A stretch of 64,000 bases of DNA from Microthyrium microscopicum (lineage: Eukaryota), in assembly GCA_010405405.1 (NCBI GenBank), contig MU004239.1:1054001-1118000 (forward strand). Direction: 5' to 3'. This document shows positions 51,853-61,761 of the stretch, piece by piece. A model generated the notes under the pieces. The model saw only the letters and a list, made by a program, of their open reading frames with translations. It ran no database searches and was not told where the DNA came from. Position 1 is the stretch's first letter. Every line of letters begins with the position of its first letter. A program made the translations under genes and the position numbers.

Positions 51853-53615
51853 TCAGTCGAAGTCTTGTCTCCGCCAAGCTTGGACTCGTTGCCCCCCTTC
51901 CTCAGTCTTTGCGATGGATTGAGCCACAGACTTCTTGGGTATTTTGATGCCAGGCCAGACACGCCAAAGCCTCTTAGGGTGGATCCTAGCAATGTCGTCG
52001 AACATGCTAGAGAGGAAGTTTTTGTCTATAGCTGGCAAGTGGCCCAGACCAGGAACGTTGTTCAAAGTAAACTCATTCTTTTCTGGGATTGCAGTCATCT
52101 GAACCAGCAAAGCCAACGCGCGGGGACACTGCAGCACATGCTCCAGCGCCTTGTCTCGGTGCATCGCCTTGTCCACATTGGGTGAGACAGCTGTCTCAAC
52201 ACTTCCAAAGTAGGACCAAACGCCCTCCACATGCTGTGGGTATTTGTGTGCACAACAGGCACGGCACGAGTATTTATAGGTCATATCTTTGGCGCCAGCG
52301 CGGAAATCTGCAAGATTCGTCAGTACCTGATCGGTTAAGTTTGACGATGACTGAGTTTAAACTCACCAGCCGGGCTTGCGAATTCGAGCTTCGGCAGGCC
52401 AATGGTGACCTGTCGTGGCGAGATTATGCTGCCAATGTGACTAGGTGGGCGTATTTGAGTGCCAAAGGTATTGTCGAGTCTCTCAAAGCGTCTGATCCAT
52501 TCCGGCGGGAAATCACGCTTGCATTGTTTCGTAGATGTAATGATCGTAATGCCTCGAACACTTGGACAAATGGTACCGGGAAACACTTCGAAATAGCCTG
52601 GCTGAGCAGTGATGATGGGGTCGTTTGCATATTTGGCAACGCCATATGGCTTTTTTGACTTCTGCGAGTCATTAGTATCGACATCTTTGATAGAGGGTCT
52701 AATACTGAGCTTACAGGACGCAATGGCATGTTTTGCAAATAAGATGGATTGACAGAGATCAAGGATACATCTAGGCTGCGCTCATTCTCAGTACAGCATC
52801 GTTCTGTTCAGCATGTTAGTGAAGTTGTTCGAGAGCTCCATTGGCCACTAGCGGACGAAAAGCTAGCATGCTCCCATCTTCGCTACTTGTAGTTGAAGAG
52901 ATGGAGGCCATGAGACTCGAACATGGAAGCAGAATGTTTCGTAAGCAAACTGGCATCGGAAGAACTCACCCAAGGTCGGAAGAAACAAATAATGGCCCTC
53001 ATGCTGAGTTTTACGGAGTGGGCATGACTTGGCGACACACAAACGGCCACGCAACAAAGTAATGAGCTCATCCGGGGTGATGTTCTTGGCAGCTCCAGTA
53101 CGAAGCAAAGCACACAGCACAGATGGAGCATGCTTCTTGATGAACTCGAGCTTTGCGAATTGTCTTTGAGTCAATTAGTATTGATCAGCCGTCGGGTAAT
53201 GTTCTACAACTTACGCGGTCGATGAGATCAGCACACGAGCCTTGTTGCTGGTAAGTGAGAATGCCAGGAGTGAACCCAAGTCTAATTGCTCAATGACGAT
53301 GAACTGTAGTTCAACCGACAGTCGGTCAATGTTGCCCAAAGTGGGTAGACCAGATTTGTTGGTCGCATCGGTATGGTCGTATGGCTCAAAAAGGCTACCA
53401 ATGACAGTTGAATGCTCCTCAGGATGGAAGTCTAAAACTTCGTTGAAGCGATGGCAGAATTGTAACAGAAGCTGATATATATAGCGATCTTCTTCGTACG
53501 TAGCGAACGGTTTGATTTTGGTGCCGCAATCCTCGAGTTCGAAGCCATTTGCACGCAGAGAGCTAGCGAGTTCTGCACTCAACATCGAAGGGTTTTGGGA
53601 GGCTATCTCGGACAT
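51853..53615 (-). CDS. F-box-domain protein (five exons; 3' end uncertain)
   Basis: LGNIDRLSVELQFIVIEQLDLGSLLAFSLTSNKAR is F-box-like. It is followed by HAPSVLCALLRTG, FLPTL|ERCC, SCRAC and LEHVLQCPRA. Four canonical introns join the frames. Confidence 0.72.
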
Positions 53616-54084
53616 GACGAAGGGAAATCGAAAAGTGGACCGAGGGGGATCGGAGAGTAGAGAAATTTGAGCGTCTGAAATGAAGCAAAGCGCTGAATGG
53701 AGTGGCGAGAAATCCAAGACTTGAAGAGAGTTGTGTTTGGGATCAAGGTTAGGACTGGAAATACAAAGAGGGTTCAAGCGCTGGTGGAAATGCTTTAGAC
53801 CGCGCAGCAGAGTGACTGAGAAGATCATCTATTAAGTTGATCGGCACCTTGAGTTGTCGTTTAGAGGTGTATATAAGATCACTGCCAGTGACCGGCGAGT
53901 AGGTGAAGAAGCGGTACCTGAGCAGTCACCAACGTAAACATGCAGTCGCCACAAAGATTATTTGGTAGAACGGTCAGAGAACATCCATAGAATGATGAAA
54001 ATCTCAAACAGAAAAGGATATGAGAAGCAAAGGGCCTTCCCGATTGAACTTCGTACCTGTCATTGCAAATGCTATATCATATCC

Positions 54085-55998
54085 CTAATCGTCCAAAGGC
54101 GTCGGTTTGCCAGCACCCTTCGGCCGCCTAGCACCGCCCTTGAAATGCTTCTTCCCATTCCGTCTCAGATCCGCTGGATCAATATCATTCTCCAGTGCCA
54201 CCATCGTTCGCTGTTTGCGCCCCGTCAACTGTTTCTTTCCCTGCTCCGAGTATTGATAGCTGAAGGGCATCCGTAGATGACCTGCGTTACCCTGTCGACC
54301 AAAGAACGTCCTATCGATTGATGCAGTCTTCTGACCTCGTAGCGGCGCATCTTGTAATGAGATCTCATCCGCATCCATCGCTACTGAATTTACATCCGAG
54401 TCTGCTACACTCTCCATCTCGGCCAGGTGACCACGGCGGCGTGCAGGTAAATGTGCATCATCGTAGAGCTCGCGGTTGAAGTGGAGAGCGTCAATTTCTG
54501 GGTCGGCGGGTGGAGGTGTGCAGAACAGGAGTTTGCCTTTGACATAGTCTTTGAGGATGTAGCGAGCAGCGCGCGACTCATCGGGTGAGCCCATGCCTTG
54601 AGTGGCGAAACCACGGGCTGTTGCATAGGCGCGGAGAACTTCGCTGCCAGTGGGGACGCCTAGACCACCTTCTTCTTGAGCACGGATCTTGATTTTCATT
54701 CCGTAGACTGCTTCAAGAAAGCGTTTTGGGATCCGTGAGGCTACAATGCCAGCGGGGCCAGTGAATTCTCGTAGTTGATCGATGGGGAGAACGCCGTTGC
54801 ATACAAGTTCAGCTTTGGTAGTTGCGAAGTTAGGAAATACTAGACCGGGACAATCGCAGAGGATGACTTCTTCGCTGAGATGAATGGTCTGAAAGTGCTT
54901 TGTTTTTCCTGGTGTTGCTGATACTGATACTTTCTTGGCGCCTATGAGAGCGTTGATTGTTGAGGACTTGCCGACGTTGGGATAACCAACTAATCCTATC
55001 GACGTCTTTCGAGGAGCTTCTCCCTCTTTAAGTTGTATCTTCGGCGCGCGCTCCAGAAATAGTGCTTCCAGTTCATCCGTGGTCAGTATTCGTGTCCTAT
55101 TATCTTCAGAATCTCGTGGCTCTGTTTCTTCCTGCGGTTCCAACTTTTTTGGTACCTCAACCTCGTCTTCATCCTCATAGGATCCTTCGCTATCGTCGGA
55201 CTCTTCTGCGGCTGCTCGTGCTTCATTCATTTCCTTGGCCAGTTCTGCAGAGAAAAATGTGTAGTTGATTCCCTCATTTTCGAAATAATCCGCCCATGCT
55301 TGTCGTTGCTCCAGCGTCATCATATCGGCTTTGTTGACAAGTAGTAAGTTGTTTTTCCGTGCATCCACTTCCTTGACGTACTTGTCTAAATCGTCAGATC
55401 GAAACATGAGCGGATTCCGGGCATCGACAATTTGAACTACCAAATCCGAACGTTCAATGACTCGCCATAGTTGTCTCCATACCTCGATATTGCGTTCAAA
55501 GGGAGTAAGTAGTAAGTCGTTGATTTCTTGTAGTTCAGCCAGACCGCGTCGCCATTCCAAAAGTGAGGTTCGCTCTCGATCATCGAGTTCTTGTGGCGTT
55601 GTTTTGTCATCCCAATGAGGTCTTCGGGGGACGGTTAAGCGATTGTGGTTATCCTTGTGTCTTTTCTTGGTTGCGCGTTCCTCGGCCGCTGAAAGTAAAT
55701 ATGGGTTCTTCTGGTCGACATGCACGATCTTGACGTTGTTCATCTTTTCAGCAGTGAAATCTGTTCCGGCGAGCTCCGCTGTATTGAGAAATTCATCCAA
55801 AGCGCCTTGTTCTGTAACACTGCGCATCTTGACCCAAGCCGCCTCTTGTTTCTCGTTTGTGACGTATTTTTCGCCCAGCTGATTTGTACGGTGTATAGCA
55901 TTTCCTCGATGCATGTTGGAGCTTTTGTTCTTGCCGAAGCGATCGTTCATTAGGCTGTTGCCCAAACCGACCGAGTTCTTGGACTTTGGGAGCACCAT
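54085..55998 (-). CDS. LSG1: Large-subunit ribosome biogenesis GTPase Lsg1
   Basis: TPFERNIEVWRQLWRVIERSD, circularly permuted NKAD...GYPNVGKS...TPGKTKHFQT...DCPG. Intronless. Confidence 0.97.
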   Translation of the reverse strand: MVLPKSKNSVGLGNSLMNDRFGKNKSSNMHRGNAIHRTNQLGEKYVTNEKQEAAWVKMRSVTEQGALDEFLNTAELAGTDFTAEKMNNVKIVHVDQKNPYLLSAAEERATKKRHKDNHNRLTVPRRPHWDDKTTPQELDDRERTSLLEWRRGLAELQEINDLLLTPFERNIEVWRQLWRVIERSDLVVQIVDARNPLMFRSDDLDKYVKEVDARKNNLLLVNKADMMTLEQRQAWADYFENEGINYTFFSAELAKEMNEARAAAEESDDSEGSYEDEDEVEVPKKLEPQEETEPRDSEDNRTRILTTDELEALFLERAPKIQLKEGEAPRKTSIGLVGYPNVGKSSTINALIGAKKVSVSATPGKTKHFQTIHLSEEVILCDCPGLVFPNFATTKAELVCNGVLPIDQLREFTGPAGIVASRIPKRFLEAVYGMKIKIRAQEEGGLGVPTGSEVLRAYATARGFATQGMGSPDESRAARYILKDYVKGKLLFCTPPPADPEIDALHFNRELYDDAHLPARRRGHLAEMESVADSDVNSVAMDADEISLQDAPLRGQKTASIDRTFFGRQGNAGHLRMPFSYQYSEQGKKQLTGRKQRTMVALENDIDPADLRRNGKKHFKGGARRPKGAGKPTPLDD

Positions 55999-56650
55999 AT
56001 TGGCGGTTGGAAGGGATTGTGTGAGTATCAGAATGGTGTATGCGAAAAGCTGAAGTTACTCTCGATATAAGGAGTCGGGTGAGGTTTGTCAGCAAATGGG
56101 TATGGTGGTTGTTGTTGTAGAAATGTCTAGATTGGCGATGAGGTTGGCGGCGCTGAGGTCAGAATTAATTCAGAGTGACAGCAACCACCCAAAAAGTAAG
56201 TACAGTTGCCCCACGTTCAACAATTCTTCTATGGAAGAAATTGGGTGAGGGGCAAACTAACCTACCTGTATATTGTAGGTGGTTTATCCAGGTAAGAACT
56301 GTATGTGGTATAATGAAGGGTATAAAAGACCCCACTAAGGAAAGTGGGACTACCGCGGTTGGTTGGCTCGCGGATCCGATACCAGAAAATTTCACAGGCC
56401 TGGCTCAGCCCAACAAGGCAAGCCTAATCTAAAATAAAATATTATCTCTGTCATTTTCGGTCAACCTGAAAATATTACAGTCCTACAACCTTCAACTTGT
56501 TTGTCGCCTACATTCACCGCTTTCTGTGACGTCTCTATATTCTTCTCCGCTCGCTTGCGGAGCGCATTTCAGGCGCGCTTCAAGCCCATTCCCCTTTCTT
56601 CCTCAAGCGTCCCGAAATCCACCGCCTTCGTAATCTACAGCTTGTAGACG

Positions 56651-59600
56651 ATGCCACATCACGAATCACCTCCGATGGCCTCTCGAATCGCTGTCAAATC
56701 AGACAGCGCCGCGCCTTCACCGGCCGACGTTTCCGCACTTCTCACTACAATCCTCAATACCGACAAATCACAAGAATCCTTAGACGCCGCATATGCTCTC
56801 ACAGATCTGTTTTTGAACACCGTAGGCTTTCGTGGACTCAACGGATATGGCATATTCGAAGAAATCCGCAAAGCATCCACAAACAAGAAGAATGCCGGCT
56901 CACGGGAGGGTGCTATGTTTGCACTCGGCGCCCTTTTTGAGCGATTCCCTCCACAGATCCCGATAAGCGAAGTTGTTTTCATGATAGAGCACGAAAATCT
57001 GGTCGCGATAACACTCGATGGGCTAGCGGACAAGATTCCTGCCACGAGAGAATCCGCTCAATATGCTCTGGATGCCCTCTTTGCCAACTTGAAGTGCGAG
57101 GCTCTCGCTTACGGATTTCTCCCTGCTTTGAAGAGATATCTTGACAAATCTACCAGCAAATGGCAAGGGACTGTCGGTGCTCTGTCATTTCTTGCGAAAA
57201 TGGCGGAGAAGGCCAAGATGGGTAGCGGTACCAAGGAAGAAGAAAGTCAAAAGGATTTCCTACGAGCCTCCATGGGACGTCGTCTTGATGGACTTATACC
57301 AGTCGTTGAGAATGGAATGCACGATCTCAAATCCGAGGTTTCCAAACAAGCTATCAAGACCATGCTTTCCCTCACCACCCTTCTACAGAACGACGACGTT
57401 ATTCCACGGATACCTCAACTTCTCAAAGCTATGGAGAAACCATCAACCGAGACTCTTCAAAAAGCAATTCAGGTTCTTTCTCATACAACATTTGTTGCCG
57501 AAGTAGATTCGCCAGTGCTCGCCCTCGTCACTCCACTACTTGAACGTTCATTGAATACTCCTACCACAGCACAAGAAGTGCTTCGACAGACTGTTGTTGT
57601 CATTGAAAATCTTACAAAACTGGTTCATGATCCGATTGAGGCTCGAGCATTTTTGCCAAAGCTACAGCCTGGTGTGAATCGTGTCATTGTAGGAGCATCA
57701 TTGCCAGAAGTACGTGAACTTGCTACTCGAACCCTTGTTGTTATGGACAAGGCCATGGCAGGTGAAGGTGGTCGCAAAGGTGTCATTGAGAGAATCACCG
57801 CTGAAGACGTACTTTCGACGTTAGATCTCATTGTCAAAAAAGACGCCAAGTTTGCCAATTATCCCGGAGATGCAGATACCTGGAAGTCAACCAGACTTTA
57901 TATAACCAATATTCTAGCTGAACTTGTTAATCAGCGCACCTTGGAACGTATACCTCTTTTCATTGCACCCTATATCAAACCACTTCTGTTTGTCGACAAC
58001 TCAGACTCAATAGCTGAACAAGTTCAAAAGCACTTCGTCGCTGAAGATGAAAAGAAATTTGGAGAGCCACCGAAAGACGATGATGGCGAAACCGAAATCG
58101 TTAATGCTAATTTCTCTCTCGGTTACGGTGGTATGCTTCTTCTTTCGCACACCAATTTACGATTACTCAAAGGTCACCGATATGGTCTTTGTGGTCGAAA
58201 TGGTGCTGGAAAGTCTACTCTTATGCGAAGTATTGCGGAAGGGAAACTTGAAGGGTTTCCTCCACAGGATGAAGTCCGAACATGCTTTGTCGAGCACAAT
58301 CAAGGCGAAGACGCCGATATTACCATCTTGGAATACTGTCTCAAGGATCCTAGACTAGTCGATGAAGGAAAAGATCGGATATCCAAGGTTTTGGACGAAG
58401 TAGGATTCGATGCTGGACCTGAAGGACGACAAAATCACAAAGTCGGCTCTCTATCTGGTGGTTGGAAGATGAAGTTGGCTTTGGCCAGAGCCGTACTGAT
58501 GCGTGCGGATGTCTTCCTACTCGATGAACCTACAAATCATCTTGATGTCAAGAACGTTGCCTGGCTCCAGGATTATCTGAGAACACATACCGAAATCACC
58601 AGTCTCATCGTTTCTCACGACTCTGGATTTTTGGATGCTGTTTGCACTGATATCTATCACTATGAAAGCAAAAGACTTGTCCACTACAAGGGCAATCTTG
58701 CTGATTTTGTCAAAGTACGACCTGAAGGCAAGACATACTACACACTCTCTGCTAGTCAGGCTCAGCTCAAGTTCCCGGCTCCTGGTATCCTTACTGGTGT
58801 CAAATCTCACAGCAGAGCCATTCTACGAATGACCAATTGCACATTCACCTATCCTGGGACTCCCAAGCCGTCTCTTTCAGACGTAAGCTGTCATATCTCG
58901 CTTTCATCCCGTGTCGCTATCATTGGTGCCAATGGTGCCGGAAAATCAACACTTCTCAAAGTTTTGACAGGTGAAGTCATTCCTCAAGAAGGCAAGGTTG
59001 AGAAACATCCCAATCTACGTATTGGATATATCAAACAGCACGCATTGGAGCACGTGGAAATGCACATGGAGAAAACTCCTAACCAGTATCTCCAATGGCG
59101 TTATGCGAATGGTGATGATCGCGAAGTCTTCATGAAACAAACCCGTATCTTGACAGACGAGGATAAAGCGCAAATGGAGAAGCCGATCGATCTTGGCGAT
59201 GGACGTGGTGCTCGATTCCTCGAAGCCTTAATCGGAAGACAGAAATGGAAGAAGACCTTCCAATACGAAGTGTAAGTCCGCTCAACCATTCCTTAATCTC
59301 AGCAGCTAACCTGTCTCAGAAAATGGCGCCATCAATTACCAAAATACAACACCCAAGTCTCCCGTGAAACTCTCCTCGAATGGGGTTTCCAAAAACTCGT
59401 CCAAGAATTCGACGATCACGAATCTTCCCGTGAAGGTCTAGGTTACCGTATCCTTGAGCCAAAGGTCATCGCCCAGCACTTTGAAGACTGTGGTCTCGAC
59501 CAAGACATTGCCAACCACACCCTCATCTCCGGTCTATCCGGTGGTCAAAAAGTCAAAGTCGTCCTCGCTTCTTCTCTCTGGAACAACCCACATATCCTCA

Positions 59601-60064
59601 TCCTCGACGAACCTACCAACTTCATTGACCGTGAAACTCTCGGTGCGCTCTCCGTTGGTATCCGTGACTTCCGCGGCGGCGTGGTCATGATCTCGCATAG
59701 TGAAGAATTTGTTGGCGCCCTCTGTCCAGAGCAATGGCATGTTGCCGACGGCCGCGTAGCACACAAGGGCCATTTGGCCGTCGCGCTCGATCGCTTTGAA
59801 GATCGTAGTGGTGTCAGCTCAGGTGTGAGCTCCAAAGTGTCTAGTGCAGTAGCTAGTGCGGCTGCATCTGCGGCAGCAAGCGCAGCAAACTCAGAAGCGG
59901 AAGGCGGTGGAGACATGAAGTTCCGCGCGCGTAAAAAGAAGAAGTTGACGCGTGCGCAATTGAAGGATCGGGAGGTTAGGCGGCGTTTGAGACATATCGA
60001 GTGGTTGAACTCGCCCAAGGGTACACCGGTGCCTTTGAACACGGATGATGAGGCTGATGATTGA
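56651..60064 (+). CDS. NEW1: eEF3-family ABC-F ATPase, New1/Elf1 subtype
   Basis: HEAT-like N-terminus, two ABC cassettes (GRNGAGKS/LSGGW/DEPTNHLD and GANGAGKS/LSGGQ/DEPTN), chromodomain-like insert, C-terminal RRRLRHIEWLNSPKGTP. Intron 59272-59319. Confidence 0.9.
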
Positions 60065-60429
60065 TTGCGGTGGTTGATATCAACTCATGTGGGCTTGTGG
60101 TGAAAAGTGTTTTTCTTGTCTTTTGCATGGGCGGTGTCTTTTGGCGCGTTTCGTTATGGAAAACGGGAATAGGGATTGGATACTATATAGACTTGATGAT
60201 CGAACAACTACTACTTAGAAGGATGAATGCTACGCTAGACTTTTACTGTTTTGTATGAATATCAATCGGCTCTTCTGGTAGCTGACGTGCTCTCAGTTAC
60301 TATCAGCCGGACAACTCATATCATTCGTTATTAGCGGCGGTTTGATCGTGCGTATGGTACAGGTACCTAGGTACGCTGTAAACGGGTTGACAGTACAGAC
60401 ATTAGGTTATAGATGCACGTATACCTGGC

Positions 60430-60628
60430 CAACGGCATGGCAACATAAATGGCGTACTCCATCGACTCTGATGGCGCCCAGACACTAAGTGCTTCATTTG
60501 CGTTAATGGGTGTTCGGATTGGGAATATTTATTAGTTAAGATGGGATTTAAATCACCTTTTGGCTGGCAGCGTTGGTGGTAGCCATCAGAGTTGATAGAA
60601 GTACGCGATTTATTTTGCCATGCCGTTG
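60430..60628. repeat. Inverted repeat (46/47-bp arms, 106-bp spacer), MITE- or foldback-like
   Basis: Arm 60430-60475 matches the reverse complement of 60582-60628 at 42 of 47 positions by manual alignment. Confidence 0.8.
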
Positions 60629-61761
60629 CTAGTCATCACCTTCAATGCTTGCGAGTCACTGCCAAGTTGATACCTACGGAGGATACCCATTAAGTCATCA
60701 GTGGAGTATCAAAACTCGGTTTTTCGAGCTATCTACCTAAGGTAGGGTGTAAAAAAAAGATACGACTCGGGCCAATGTCGCTGGCCAGCGAATCTCACTT
60801 GACTGCTTTTCCTTTGACCGTCGATATTCTCCGAGTATAAATGAAAGTCCTCAAATATACACCGGTGTATAACCACTTTCGTGAACAAGAACATCCAATA
60901 ACTCCGCGAGTGACATGACCCTTTGAACAATGAGAGATCAGGTCCGATAGTTGTATGGCGAGAAGCATTTCAGGCGTCATAGATCGACAGGTAAGCGGTT
61001 GGAGACTATGTTCGATCAGCTTTAATCCAGAATAATGAACAGAGAAAAAGACGCTTTATATTTGTTAGAGTTTAGCTGTCATCAGATTTAGCGTATCACA
61101 CACATATTAGATGCTATGATTCAAGGCAAGAGTTTCTAGACGCCAAACCATCTGTTTCGTGCCGTACTCACACAGGGACATGATTGCTATCTTATTGCCC
61201 ATTCTAAAGTTGGAGTTTGATTTTCTGCTCTGTTTATGCTAGGATGAGTTGCTCACAGTCTCTTACAAAAGTGGCTGAATAATGTAGGTACCTTACCGAG
61301 AACAACTACCACCATACAGCGGTCAAGAACCTAATGAGATGGCAACATCAACGAAGTGACAATCATCGACATCAATCGTAACGCGAATTATCTTGAACCA
61401 TGCTCCAAGCACGTGCTTTTTCCCATGTCTCACTCCAGAGTCTCGAGTTCTTGACTTTTAGAGGCACGGTCATTCTGCTATTGGTAAGCAAAAGCCATAC
61501 GGTAACCCCGATTTAGTTAGCAATTTAACGTCCGCCGAAATCCGAGCAAGCCGAGCCTGAAGATCTGCTCTTTTCTGAAAGAACCATTCATGTATGACAC
61601 GGTGCAAGGAGTGCATAGCGCAAGATCATGACTAATTCTGAATGCTCAACATGCTGATGCTTGAACAGCTGCTCGTGTTACTGGAAGTTTTGATGCGTCT
61701 GTCACCACAATCACCCTGAAGGACTGAAGCGCGTACAGAAGGACTGAAGCGCATACAAAGA

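Noticed and set aside
61718..61757. 20-bp tandem duplication GAAGGACTGAAGCGC(G/A)TACA just before the Zn2Cys6 ATG
   Set aside because: Real, but only two copies, consistent with ordinary slippage and with no evident function.
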